From Gemmatimonadota bacterium (GTDB taxonomy: Bacteria; Gemmatimonadota; Gemmatimonadetes; Palauibacterales; Palauibacteraceae): DNA of 64,000 bases. A program made the position numbers and the translations under genes. The stretch lies in the NCBI GenBank assembly GCA_965116475.1, contig OZ220691.1, forward strand, positions 640,001-704,000, written 5' to 3'. The notes below the pieces were generated by a model. That model ran no database searches, was not told the DNA's origin, and worked only from the letters and a program-made list of their open reading frames with translations. Each line of letters opens with the position of its first letter. The first letter of the stretch is position 1. Below are positions 30,425-40,297 of this stretch, in pieces.

Positions 30425-32782
30425 TCAAGGCGCGTCCGCGATCCTCCAGCCGCGCGCGTCGACTTCGATGCACAGGGGGCCGTCCAGATCCGTCCGCCAC
30501 ACCCGCGCCACCCGGGCCGAGTCGAGTCGCGCGAGCGTCACGGCGTGCGGGTGCCCGTACCGGTTCCCGCGCCCCGCCGAGATCACGGCGATGTCCGGCC
30601 GCGTCGCCTCCAGCCACGCGACGGAACTGGAGGTCCGGCTGCCGTGGTGGCCGAGCTTGAGGAGATCCGCTTCGGGCCGGCGCGGCGCGAGGTGCTCCAG
30701 GATGTCGCGTTCGACATCGATGCCGGCGTCACCCGTGTTCACGTAGCGGAAGCCACCGACCGTGAGGCGGAAGGAGAGGGAACCCTCGTTCGCGTCCGAG
30801 CCGGCCGGGCCATCGGGCCAGAGGATCTCGAGTTCGACGTCATCGATGCGGAGGCGGTCTCCGGCGCGGGGCGCGTGCCAGGAGGCGCCCTCCACTTGAA
30901 GCCGTTCCAGGAAGGCAAGGTAGGAGGCGCTGGGCTCCGGGACGCCGGGATCGAACACGCGGCGGACCCGGAGGGCCTCGAACACCGCCGCCGTGCCGCC
31001 GTAGTGGTCGAGGTGGGGATGGGAGATGGCAAGCAGCTCCACGGTCCGGGCGCCCCTTCCGCGCAGGAAGGGCACGACGACGCGGCTTCCCGCGTCGGCC
31101 ATCGGCGGGCCGGATGCCGTGCCGGCCGCCGCGAAGGACGAGCCCGGTCCGGCGTCGAAGACGAGCCATCGGCCGGCGCCGGTCCGCACGACGGCGGCGT
31201 CGCCCTGCCCCACGGCGAGGGTGCAGACGAGCGCCGTGCCCCGGTCGAGGCCGGCCCGGACGAGGGGCCAGGCGACGGTGAGTGCGAGCACGGCGCCGAC
31301 CGAGAGGAGGCCGAGCCCGCGCCGCGCGCGCGTCCGATCGAGGGCGAGAGCGCCGAGCGCGGCCGCGACCGCCCACGCGCGGGGGCCGAGTCCGGGGCCC
31401 GTCCAGCTCAGCGGGAGCCCCGCGAAGAAGGCCGCGATCGCCGCGAGGCAGGCAAGCGCCGTATCGGCGGCGCCGGCGAACAGCATCCAGAGATCCCACG
31501 GCAGGATCAGCGTGAGCGCGAGGGCGGGAAGCGCGAGACTCACGACCCCGCCCGCCACCACGCTGGCCGGGATCGAGGCGATGACGATGCGGTCGAAGTG
31601 GAAGGCCGCGATGGGCGCGGTGACGAGGAACGCGCCGCAACTCACGGCGAGCGCCCGCGCGATCCCGCGCAGGCGTCGGGACGAGAGCGGGCGCGGCAAC
31701 GGGAGGCGGCCCCCCAGCACGACGCCCGTGAACCCGGCGAACGACAGCTGAAAGCCGACGTTTGTCACGATGAGCGGGTCGGCCAGGATGGCGAGGATCG
31801 CCGCCAGCGCCGCCAGGTCGCCGACGCGGGCGGGGCGGGCCCGGCGGAACGCGAGCGCCCAGCCCCAGAACATCAGCGCCGCCCGCACGGCCGAAGGGGG
31901 CGCACCGATGAGGCACACGTACGCGCTCGTACAGCCGGCGGCGTAGAGCAGCCGCCGCGGCCCGCGCACGCGAAGGCCGATGAGCCAGGAGAGCGAGGCC
32001 CCGATCAGGCCGACGTGCAGGCCGGAGATCGCGAGCAGGTGTATGATCCCGGCCCCGACGAACGCCTCTCTCGTCGCGGGGTCCAGGGTGCTGCGGTCGG
32101 CGAGCAGCAGCGCCTTGCCGATCGCCCGGTGCTCGGGGGCGAGCCGGGCGTCGAGCCGGGCGAGCAGCCCGGCCCGCCATGCAATGACCCAGCGGCCGAG
32201 GCCGCGCAGGCCCACCGCGTCCGCGGGGACATCCAGCGGCTCCAGCGTCGCGCCGCCGATCCAGCCCAGCGTCGCGGGCGGGCGGGGCAGCCGCTTCCGC
32301 CCCGCGTCCGGGTCGGTCCCGCCCGCCGTGCGCCATGTGCCCCGGGCCAGCACCGCCGCGCCGGCTTCCCGTCCCGCGCCGGGCCGCACGAAGGCGCGCA
32401 CCGCGCCCAGGCGGCAGATCCGCCCCTCCGACACGATGCGGACGTCGCGGATCGACACCCGGACCGGGCCGGCACCCCGGCCCGCCGGCCGCTCCGGCAC
32501 CGCGTCGGCGAGCGTGCCGACCGCCGCGACCGGGGCGCCCGCCTCGAGCGTGGCGACACAGGCCCTCAGCGCCGCGGTGCCGCTCGGCAGCCCCGCCAGC
32601 AACCCGGCCACGGCGGCGAGCGCCAACGAGGGGCCCACCGTGGCGCGTGGAGGGATCCCGCCGGCCCGGCCGGCGGCGCGGAGCACGGCCCGGCCGACGA
32701 TGACGCAGAGGAGCCCCGCCGCGATCGCCGCGGGAGCGTGAAGGGCGACGGCGTCGGCCCGGGCGAGCGCGAGCCCGGCCAC
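30425..32782 (-). CDS. comEC: ComEC/Rec2 DNA uptake channel with C-terminal metallo-beta-lactamase domain
   Basis: HLLAISGLH, GFQLSF, VGQGDA, SHPHLDHYGG, HHGSRTSS, NRYGHP; start uncertain. Confidence 0.92.
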   Translation of the reverse strand: MAGLALARADAVALHAPAAIAAGLLCVIVGRAVLRAAGRAGGIPPRATVGPSLALAAVAGLLAGLPSGTAALRACVATLEAGAPVAAVGTLADAVPERPAGRGAGPVRVSIRDVRIVSEGRICRLGAVRAFVRPGAGREAGAAVLARGTWRTAGGTDPDAGRKRLPRPPATLGWIGGATLEPLDVPADAVGLRGLGRWVIAWRAGLLARLDARLAPEHRAIGKALLLADRSTLDPATREAFVGAGIIHLLAISGLHVGLIGASLSWLIGLRVRGPRRLLYAAGCTSAYVCLIGAPPSAVRAALMFWGWALAFRRARPARVGDLAALAAILAILADPLIVTNVGFQLSFAGFTGVVLGGRLPLPRPLSSRRLRGIARALAVSCGAFLVTAPIAAFHFDRIVIASIPASVVAGGVVSLALPALALTLILPWDLWMLFAGAADTALACLAAIAAFFAGLPLSWTGPGLGPRAWAVAAALGALALDRTRARRGLGLLSVGAVLALTVAWPLVRAGLDRGTALVCTLAVGQGDAAVVRTGAGRWLVFDAGPGSSFAAAGTASGPPMADAGSRVVVPFLRGRGARTVELLAISHPHLDHYGGTAAVFEALRVRRVFDPGVPEPSASYLAFLERLQVEGASWHAPRAGDRLRIDDVELEILWPDGPAGSDANEGSLSFRLTVGGFRYVNTGDAGIDVERDILEHLAPRRPEADLLKLGHHGSRTSSSVAWLEATRPDIAVISAGRGNRYGHPHAVTLARLDSARVARVWRTDLDGPLCIEVDARGWRIADAP

Positions 32783-32919
32783 ATCCCCGGCGGCGAGCGC
32801 CAGGGCCGTCAGGAGCAGGGGCGACAGGGAACGGGACGTCGATCAGCCTCCGGGCGCAGGGTACACCCTACGCTCCGAGCGGGCGTCAACCGTCCATCAA
32901 ACCGTTCAGCAAACGTCCA

Positions 32920-33249
32920 TCAAAGGAGGGGACTCGGCTCCGACCGTTCCGGTGGGCTCGTGGGCTCCGGGGGAGCCGGGAACTCCGACGCGGGCGGCGG
33001 CTCGTACGCGAGCCGCGCCGATGCCGCGCGGTCCGCCAGGCGCCGGGCGCGGCGCTCGGCCCGCCACGCAAGCAGACCCGAGAGGCCCATCCCCCCAAGG
33101 ATGGAGGCGAAGACGACGAGCGAGAGCGGCGCCCGGATGCGGAGGAAGGGCAGCACGACGTTCACGAGCTCGTTCCCGTTCCGCACCGAAAACCAGAACG
33201 CCGCGAGGATGACGACGACGAAGGCGAGGAGCCGCATCACGAAGCGCAT
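32920..33249 (-). CDS. LapA (DUF1049)-like small membrane protein
   Basis: Two hydrophobic helices, F...N...V.V.L motif, basic tail; TGATG overlap with miaB. Confidence 0.65.
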   Translation of the reverse strand: MRFVMRLLAFVVVILAAFWFSVRNGNELVNVVLPFLRIRAPLSLVVFASILGGMGLSGLLAWRAERRARRLADRAASARLAYEPPPASEFPAPPEPTSPPERSEPSPLL

Positions 33250-34628
33250 CAGCAGGGCTGCCCCATGAAGGTCGCGCCCGTCGTCCCCGTGAGCCGAACC
33301 TGCGCGTACGTACCGATCCGGCAAGGGTCTCCGGGAAAGGCGACGACCTTGTTCTGCTCCGTCCTGCCCAGCACGTCGCCCGCCGAGCGCGCGGAGCGCT
33401 CGATCAGCACCTCGCGCCGCGAACCCACCTCGGACTCGTTGATGTCGCGCTGGATCGCGCGGTGCTCGCCGATCAGGCGTTCCAGCCGCTCCGAACCCAC
33501 GTCGTCCGGCACAAAATCCGGGGCCGGGAAGCGCGTGGCCGGCGTCCCTTCGCGCAGCGAGTACTTGTACAGATACGCATCGTCGAACCGCACGTGCCGC
33601 ATCAGCTCCAGCGTGGCCTCAAAATCCGCCTCTGCCTCCCCGGGGAAGCCGACGATCACATCCGTGGAGAGCGCGATGCCGGGCACCTCGTGGCGCGCGG
33701 CCTCGACCTTCTCGAGAAACCCCTCGCTCGTGTAGCGTCGGACCATGCGCTTGAGGATGCGATCGGAGCCCGACTGCACGGGCAGGTGGAGCTGGCGGCA
33801 GACGGTCGGCTCCGCCGCCATCACCTCGAGCAGTTCCGGCGTCACATCGTTGGGATGGGGAGAGGTGAAACGGACGCGCCGGATGCCGTCCACGCGGCTC
33901 ACGGCCCGCAGCAGCGCCGCGAAGTTCCAGTCTCCAAACTCGTACGAGTTCACGGTCTGACCGAGCAGTACGACTTCGGTGAACCCCTCTTCCACGGCGC
34001 GCCGGGTCTCGGCGAGGACCGCCTCGGGCGTCCGGTTCTTCTCGGGTCCCCTCACATAGGGGACGATGCAGAAGGTGCAGCGATGATCGCAGCCGCGCTG
34101 GACCGTGATCCAGGCGCTTACGCCTTCTCGCCTCACGCTGTTCACGCCCTCGTAGTTCTCCTCCCCGTCGAGTCCGAGCAGCGTCTGGCCGCGCTCGATC
34201 GCATTCGTCCGGATCGAACCGATGAGTTCCGGGAGGGCGCGGTAGGCATCCGGTCCGGCCACAAGGTCCACGCCCGCCGACTCCTCGATGAGCCGCGGGC
34301 CCAGCCGCTGCGCCATGCACCCCGTCACGCCCAGCACGAGACCGGCATGCCGCTTGCGGTGCCGCTGCAGCTCGCCGATCCGGCCGCGAACGCGCCGTTC
34401 CGCGTGCTCGCGAATCGCGCAGGTGTTCACGAGGATGACATCGGCGCGCTCGGGCGCATCCACGCTCACGAAACCCTCGTCGACGAGCAGCCCCTCCATC
34501 AACTCGGTGTCGTTGATGTTCATCTGACACCCGTAGGTCTCGATGTAGACCCGCCCTCCGAGCGGGCGAGGGTCGCGCGGGCGATCCGCGCCGGGCGTCT
34601 TCAGGGTGACGAGCTTCGTCCTCTCCAT
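33249..34628 (-). CDS. miaB: tRNA-2-methylthio-N6-dimethylallyladenosine synthase
   Basis: ETYGCQMN, NTCAIRE, GCMAQ, CxxxCxxC (GCDHRCTFC), TRAM domain. Confidence 0.96.
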   Translation of the reverse strand: MERTKLVTLKTPGADRPRDPRPLGGRVYIETYGCQMNINDTELMEGLLVDEGFVSVDAPERADVILVNTCAIREHAERRVRGRIGELQRHRKRHAGLVLGVTGCMAQRLGPRLIEESAGVDLVAGPDAYRALPELIGSIRTNAIERGQTLLGLDGEENYEGVNSVRREGVSAWITVQRGCDHRCTFCIVPYVRGPEKNRTPEAVLAETRRAVEEGFTEVVLLGQTVNSYEFGDWNFAALLRAVSRVDGIRRVRFTSPHPNDVTPELLEVMAAEPTVCRQLHLPVQSGSDRILKRMVRRYTSEGFLEKVEAARHEVPGIALSTDVIVGFPGEAEADFEATLELMRHVRFDDAYLYKYSLREGTPATRFPAPDFVPDDVGSERLERLIGEHRAIQRDINESEVGSRREVLIERSARSAGDVLGRTEQNKVVAFPGDPCRIGTYAQVRLTGTTGATFMGQPC

Positions 34629-34634
34629 CGGGGT

Positions 34635-35831
34635 TCACCGCTGCCGAAGGGAGAAGGAGAGGGTGACGCGCCGGAAGCTCTCCGCGAAGCCGGCCGTCGT
34701 GACGTCGCCGCGCGATCCGCTCTCGAAGGCGAGGTCGAAGACGGCCAGTCCCTGCTGGAACTCCCAGCCGAAGCCGCCAGTTAAGGCGGACTCCCTGAGC
34801 GCTTCGGCGCCTCGGCTGAAGGGGAGCCCGGTCGTCCGCCATCCGGCGCGAACCGGCAACCTCCCACCGAGCAGGGAGAGGGCGCCGTATTCGACGCCCC
34901 CGCCCAGCCATGCGACGTCGTGGGAGTGGAATGCGGAGCTGGCTGCGGCGGTGCGCGACCCCACGGCCGACCACCCGGCCCGGCCACCGCCGGCGGTGAC
35001 GAGGAGTTGATCCGTCACGCGCACGCTGCCGCCGACTTCGATCGAGGTCGGCAGATCGAACTCCGCCTCGGGTTCTTCCGCCGCTTCCGGGGTCGCGTAC
35101 AGCGTCCCTCCCGTCCCGAGCGCCACGCCCGCCACGACGCGGTCTCCGAGCCGAATCGACCCGCCCGCCCGGAAGCGCCAGGCTCGCCATGAGAGCTCCC
35201 TCGCCCCCGCGATGCCGCCGAGCGCCGGAGCTCCTCCCACCGGATCGTCGAACTGACGGAAGAACGACTGCCGGAGGGAGCCGGTCAGCCGCTGCGCCGA
35301 GATCCCGAGGCCCAGCGGCCCCAGGCGACGCGCCAGCGACGCGTCGATCGTACTGATCCCGCCGTTGTGTTCCCGCGTCTCCTCGTACGGAACCGAGCCA
35401 TCGTTCAGGCGCAGCGTGTCCTGCAGGATGTTCGACCAGTCCTGATCGAACTCGCCGCCGAAAGCCAGGCTGAAGGCCCAGTCGTTGCTGGGGACGAGCG
35501 CGCGGATCGTCGTGAACCGTCCCCGGCCCGTGTCGAACGACCGGCTGTCGCTCTCCAGGGTCACGCCCTCGCTGGCCAGCGAGACGGAGAAGCCGGGTTC
35601 CGTATGGAGAAGAAGGTCGGCCGGGTTCGTGAGGCTGTAGGACCCGCCGAACAGGCCGGAGCCCGATCCGCCGAGCGCGGCCGACCGGCCATCCACGGGC
35701 GCGACCGGATAGCCGAGCCCGACCGCCGTGAACGGCGTCTGGGCGGAAAGAGCCACCGGCGGAGCCGCCAGCGCGGCGAGGGCGAACCCGGCCCGGACTC
35801 CCTCCCGGAACCTTCGGAAGGGCGCCATCAC
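34635..35831 (-). CDS. Outer-membrane beta-barrel protein (FadL/OmpP1-like)
   Basis: Signal peptide, TPFTAVGLG...RSAALGG...NPA plug-like motif, alternating beta-strands. Confidence 0.6.
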   Translation of the reverse strand: MMAPFRRFREGVRAGFALAALAAPPVALSAQTPFTAVGLGYPVAPVDGRSAALGGSGSGLFGGSYSLTNPADLLLHTEPGFSVSLASEGVTLESDSRSFDTGRGRFTTIRALVPSNDWAFSLAFGGEFDQDWSNILQDTLRLNDGSVPYEETREHNGGISTIDASLARRLGPLGLGISAQRLTGSLRQSFFRQFDDPVGGAPALGGIAGARELSWRAWRFRAGGSIRLGDRVVAGVALGTGGTLYATPEAAEEPEAEFDLPTSIEVGGSVRVTDQLLVTAGGGRAGWSAVGSRTAAASSAFHSHDVAWLGGGVEYGALSLLGGRLPVRAGWRTTGLPFSRGAEALRESALTGGFGWEFQQGLAVFDLAFESGSRGDVTTAGFAESFRRVTLSFSLRQR

Positions 35832-37060
35832 GGCACCCTGAAGTCAGGTGGGGAGCTGAACACGATGCGGAGCCGCGGCCGGAGTTCCGGCGGCGATTCG
35901 GCGGAACCGAACTCCCAGTAGCCCAGCGCCTGCGCATCCGGATCCGCCCGAAAGCCCATCCGGATGCGCCTCAGCGAATCCTGGACGGCCCGCGCCATCA
36001 GCAGCGTGATGTCGAGGCGCACCGGCTCACCCTCCCGGAGTCTCGCGGGGTCGAGCGTCGTCGTGGCCGCGTCTCCGCTCCCGATCGGGGTTTTCTCGCC
36101 GATCAGGAACGGGTCGCCGAGCAGGCTCACCTTTCGGGCCTGGATCGTGCGCTCCGCCGCGTACAGATCCGGCGCGGCCAGCGGATACAGGATGACTTCG
36201 GCCTGACTGACCGTAGCCCCCTCGAGCCCTGCTTCCCCGAGGAAACCGGGCGGCACGAACTCGAAGTAGATGCGCGAGGCGGGGAGGCCGCCGACGCGAA
36301 GCTCCGTGCCCGTCGGGGGCTGCGGCGGATCCAGGATGAACGCGCGATCGTCCCACAACTGGGTCTGCGGCACCGGGAGCGTCCGCCCGACGAGGGTCGG
36401 ATCGTACCGGAGGACCATCTGCGTGACCCGGAGCTTCGTTTCGGGGCCGTCCAGCACGATGGCGAAACCGTTGCCCCCGTCCTCCCTCTGCCACGCCTTC
36501 ATCAGCGAGTCCTCCGCCACGGCCGGCGTCATGTGGAGCGTATCCGAGACCGCCTCCAGCACGGCCGACGCGATCTCGACCCCGAGGCTGCCCCCCGGCT
36601 CCGTCCACGGAACCCCGGCGGCTGCCTCCCGCCACGTCGCGACATGAGGCTCGAAACGCTCCCCGAGCTGGACGAGTTTCACGGTGACGGGGAAGTCCGT
36701 GAACTCCGACCGGATCGTGTCGAAGCGGAGCTCGAACTCCACCTCCTCGAATCTTGCCACCGGCAGCGTGTCGACGAAGGTCCGAATCGTGTCGGGGACG
36801 TTGAAGCGCGCGAGCCCCCGACTCGACACATCCGTGCCGGCCGAGGCGTACACGAACGGCGCGGTGGAAGGCCCGGCGAAGCCGGTCAGCGTCGTATCCC
36901 GCCAGGTCGACAGTTCCGAAACGGAGATCGTGAAGTCTCGCGTCTCCACGCCGGCGCCCGGCACCTCCTCGGAGCCCAGGGAGAGCGGGTCCTCCGCGCA
37001 CGCGCCCAGCAGCACCGCGAGGACCGCCGTAACGAGCGCCGCACGTCTCCGCCCGTTCAC
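35828..37060 (-). CDS. Uncharacterised lipoprotein
   Basis: GTG start overlapping cdd stop; MNGRRR + hydrophobic stretch + LLGAC lipobox. Confidence 0.75.
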   Translation of the reverse strand: MNGRRRAALVTAVLAVLLGACAEDPLSLGSEEVPGAGVETRDFTISVSELSTWRDTTLTGFAGPSTAPFVYASAGTDVSSRGLARFNVPDTIRTFVDTLPVARFEEVEFELRFDTIRSEFTDFPVTVKLVQLGERFEPHVATWREAAAGVPWTEPGGSLGVEIASAVLEAVSDTLHMTPAVAEDSLMKAWQREDGGNGFAIVLDGPETKLRVTQMVLRYDPTLVGRTLPVPQTQLWDDRAFILDPPQPPTGTELRVGGLPASRIYFEFVPPGFLGEAGLEGATVSQAEVILYPLAAPDLYAAERTIQARKVSLLGDPFLIGEKTPIGSGDAATTTLDPARLREGEPVRLDITLLMARAVQDSLRRIRMGFRADPDAQALGYWEFGSAESPPELRPRLRIVFSSPPDFRVP

Positions 37061-37503
37061 GGGGCCGTCTCCGCCGGCGCGGCCATCCGTTCGAGCGAGA
37101 AGCTCGCCGGCAGCAGATCGCGCAGCCGCCAGACGGCCGACTCCCCGTCCGTTCCCATGCTCATGACCTCGAGTTCCCGGCCGAACTCGGCGAGCGCCTG
37201 GCGGCACATGCCGCACGGAGGGGCCGGGACGGCGCCGCTCGTCACGATCGCGATGCGCGAGAAGGCCCGCGCTCCCGAGACCACCGCGTGCCCCAGCGCG
37301 ACGCGTTCCGCGCACGTCCCGACGGGGTACGAGGCGTTCTCCACGTTGCAGCCGGCGAAGACCCGGCCGTCGTCGGCCTCGAGCGCGGCGCCGACCAGGA
37401 AACGGGAATACGGAGCGTATGCACGCTCGCGGGCGGCCCTCGCGCGCGCGGCGAGATCTTCCCACGAGAGCGGGGCTCCGGCTGTCACTCGAGTCTCGGT
37501 CAT
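37057..37503 (-). CDS. cdd: Cytidine deaminase
   Basis: AYAPYS.F.VGAA, GCNVENASY, CAE, PCGMCRQ. Confidence 0.96.
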   Translation of the reverse strand: MTETRVTAGAPLSWEDLAARARAARERAYAPYSRFLVGAALEADDGRVFAGCNVENASYPVGTCAERVALGHAVVSGARAFSRIAIVTSGAVPAPPCGMCRQALAEFGRELEVMSMGTDGESAVWRLRDLLPASFSLERMAAPAETAP

Positions 37504-38672
37504 CGGCTTCCATCGGCGGCGTCGGCCGGCCCGCCCACGTAGTGTCGGGGCAAACGGCGTCCGATCGCCGTAAGCACCTCGTATTCGATCGTGCCGGCGG
37601 TGTCCGCAAAATCCGCCAGCGCGATCTCCTCCCCTCCGTCACGGCCCAGGAACGTGGCCACGTCCGCAGCTTCGACACCCGGCGCGCCGGAAACGTCTAC
37701 CGACGTGACGTCCATGCAGACGCCGCCCCGGATCGGCACGCGGACTCCGCGGATGAGCGACTGTCCCCGGTTCGACAGGCGCCACGGCAGCCCATCCGCG
37801 TATCCCATCCCCACGGTGGCGAGACGTTCGCCGCGCTTCGTCGTGTAGGTGGCCCCGTAGCTGACGGTCGAGCCCGGCGCCAGGTCACGAACTTCCAGCA
37901 CTCTCGCGCGTACCCGCGCCACACTCTCCGGGTCCGCCAGCGCGCCGGCGGCGCCCGCCCCCCGCCGTCCTCCGTACAGATAGATCCCCGGTCTGACGAG
38001 CCCCAGATGATACTGCGGATCCGCCATCACCGCATCGCTGTTCGCCGCGTGCAGGAAGGGGACCTCGACGCCGGCCTCCTCCAGGATCGATGCGGCTCGC
38101 CGCAAGCGGGTCAACTGAAGGGACGTCGCGGCGGGATCCGTGCCGGCGGAATGGAAATGGGTGTAGACGCTCGCCAGCGTCACGCCGCCCAGCGAGAGGA
38201 TCGACGAGACTTCCGGGGTCCACGCCGCGGCGTCGGCCGCCGGGAGGCCCGCGCGACCCATGCCGGTGTCGACCTCCAGGTGGACGGGGATCCGGGTGGA
38301 CGCCGCCCGCGCGCCGGCTTCGAGCGTCGCGAACGATGCCAGGCTCAGCGCCGCGCTCTCGAGCCGCGCCTCGAGGAGCTGGGAGATCTCGGCGGTGGCC
38401 GAGGGGGCGAAGACGATGATGCGGCGCCCGATCCCGCCCCGTCGGAGTTCGGCGCCTTCCGGCGGCGTCGCGACCCCGAAGGCGTAGGGCTCCAGCCGGT
38501 CCAGGACGCGGGCGACCTCGATCGCGCCGAGCCCGTACGCGTCCGCCTTGACCATGGGGACGAAGCGGGCGGGGGCCGCATGTTTCGCCACGCGCCGGGC
38601 ATTCCGCGACAGCGCGGCCAGATCGACCTCGAGCCACGCTCGGTATGGGGGATCTTCGCGGCTGCGGGTCAA
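37500..38672 (-). CDS. alr: Alanine racemase
   Basis: VKADAYG, VDTGMGR, VRPGIYLYG, VSYG, GYADG, VCMD; start approximate (TTG 38672). Confidence 0.95.
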   Translation of the reverse strand: MTRSREDPPYRAWLEVDLAALSRNARRVAKHAAPARFVPMVKADAYGLGAIEVARVLDRLEPYAFGVATPPEGAELRRGGIGRRIIVFAPSATAEISQLLEARLESAALSLASFATLEAGARAASTRIPVHLEVDTGMGRAGLPAADAAAWTPEVSSILSLGGVTLASVYTHFHSAGTDPAATSLQLTRLRRAASILEEAGVEVPFLHAANSDAVMADPQYHLGLVRPGIYLYGGRRGAGAAGALADPESVARVRARVLEVRDLAPGSTVSYGATYTTKRGERLATVGMGYADGLPWRLSNRGQSLIRGVRVPIRGGVCMDVTSVDVSGAPGVEAADVATFLGRDGGEEIALADFADTAGTIEYEVLTAIGRRLPRHYVGGPADAADGSR

Positions 38673-38737
38673 GCGTCGCCGGGGGTTCGGGGGTCGAATG
38701 CAGCGGCGTCCTGCCACGGGATGATACCTTCGCCGTC

Positions 38738-39586
38738 ATGCAGGAGCCAACCGCCGCCGATCTCGAGACACTCCACGCGGAGGAAGCGCGCGAAGGGGAC
38801 GATGCCCTCGCCCGCGCCCTCGCCCTCGTCCGCTTCCTGCGCCTCCGCTGTCCCTGGGACGCGAAGCAGACGCCGCAGACGCTCCGTCCGTATCTCCTCG
38901 AGGAGGCGCACGAGGTCGCGGACGCGATCCGGGCCGGAGACGACGCCGACCTGCGGGGAGAACTCGGCGACCTGCTCCTGAATGTCGCCTTCCAGATCGT
39001 GCTCGCCGAAGAGCGCGGCGCCTTCGCGGCCGACGACGTCGTCGAAGCGCTGGAGGCGAAGATGGAGGCCCGCCACCCGCACGTGTACGGCGATGCCGAC
39101 GCCCCGCCCGACTGGGAGTCGCTCAAGGCGGCGGAGCGCGAGTCTCCGGACGATCCCTTCCACGGGGTCTCGGCCGGACTCGACCCGCTCAGCCGCTCGG
39201 CGCGCGTGCAGGAGCGGATGGCCGGGTTCGGGTTCGACTGGCCCGATCTCGCCGGACCCGTGGAGAAGGTGCGCGAGGAGACGGCGGAACTCGAGCGCGC
39301 GGCTGCCGAAAGCGCAGCCGGGCCTCCCGAACCGGGGGCGCCGCCCCGGATCGGAGAAGCGAGCCCGGAGGTCGTCGAGGAGGTCGGAGATCTGCTCTTC
39401 GCGGTGGTGAACGCCTCGCGGTGGGCCGGCGTTCACCCGGCCAACGCGCTTCTCGGCGCGGTCGAGAAATTCGAGCGCCGCTGCCGGCGCATGATCGAGG
39501 TGGCGGAGAGCCGCGACATCGAGTGGAAGCACGCGGACCTCGCGACCCTCGACGCCGTGTGGGAGGAAGTGAAAGCCGACGAATAG
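38738..39586 (+). CDS. mazG: Nucleoside triphosphate pyrophosphohydrolase
   Basis: CPWD..QT, EEAHE, ELGDLL, RHPHVY, EEVGDLLF tandem MazG domains. Confidence 0.94.
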   Translation: MQEPTAADLETLHAEEAREGDDALARALALVRFLRLRCPWDAKQTPQTLRPYLLEEAHEVADAIRAGDDADLRGELGDLLLNVAFQIVLAEERGAFAADDVVEALEAKMEARHPHVYGDADAPPDWESLKAAERESPDDPFHGVSAGLDPLSRSARVQERMAGFGFDWPDLAGPVEKVREETAELERAAAESAAGPPEPGAPPRIGEASPEVVEEVGDLLFAVVNASRWAGVHPANALLGAVEKFERRCRRMIEVAESRDIEWKHADLATLDAVWEEVKADE

Positions 39587-39631
39587 CGGCCACGGCCTGC
39601 TCCCGCCGGGGCCGCCGCGGCAGGCTGTCGC

Positions 39632-40297
39632 TCAGGCGAGGTCCGTGAGTTCGTAGATGTTGCAGACCCGCCACGCGGTCTCAGTCCCGGCCCCGGTCCC
39701 TGACCGCTTCATCTCGACGGGGGCGAGGATCCTCCGGTAGGCCTCGCCCTCGAAGGCATCGAGCCGGTCCCACGCGTCGGGGAGCGCGAGACTCTCGAAC
39801 ACCTTCACCGCGACCCGGTCGCCGGAATCTCCGGGGACGAACCCGGGATAGCCCTGTCGCGCCGCCCAGCCGCGGTCGTGAAGCGTACCCGCGACCGTTC
39901 CCTCCACCCAGCTCCCGACGAGCGTCGCCACATGATGATGGTTGTTCTCGCCGGGGAGGAGGGACCCGTACGCGGCCAGACGCCGCTCCGGATGGTCGAG
40001 CAGGGCCTCGATCAGCCGTTCGAGGATCGGTTCGAGGTATTCCCGCAACGCCGCGGCGCCGGTGTCCGCGCCCGGCTCGGCCAGCAGCGTCTCGAGTTCC
40101 GCCAGCGCCGCCGCCGCGCCCGGCCGACGGTCCTCGGTCGGCGGAACGGCGGCCAGTTCCTCGAACCCCGACAGCAGGGCGGCGAGGCGGGCGGAACTGC
40201 GTTCGGGGGCGAGCCGCGCTTCGTTGAGGCGGGAGAGCGCGCCCCGCAGGAGCGCCGGGTCGCGGATCGCGTCCGGCGCCGGGCCGTCCGCGGTCAC
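39632..40297 (-). CDS. Gamma-glutamylcyclotransferase (AIG2-like) with N-terminal helical extension
   Basis: AYGSL.PG..NHH, GYPG, LDAFEG..YRR motifs. Confidence 0.8.
   Translation of the reverse strand: MTADGPAPDAIRDPALLRGALSRLNEARLAPERSSARLAALLSGFEELAAVPPTEDRRPGAAAALAELETLLAEPGADTGAAALREYLEPILERLIEALLDHPERRLAAYGSLLPGENNHHHVATLVGSWVEGTVAGTLHDRGWAARQGYPGFVPGDSGDRVAVKVFESLALPDAWDRLDAFEGEAYRRILAPVEMKRSGTGAGTETAWRVCNIYELTDLA

Noticed and set aside
32843..32866. In-frame TGA upstream of comEC as a second selenocysteine
   Set aside because: No Cys-motif context, no SECIS-like hairpin, and it lies before a membrane segment.
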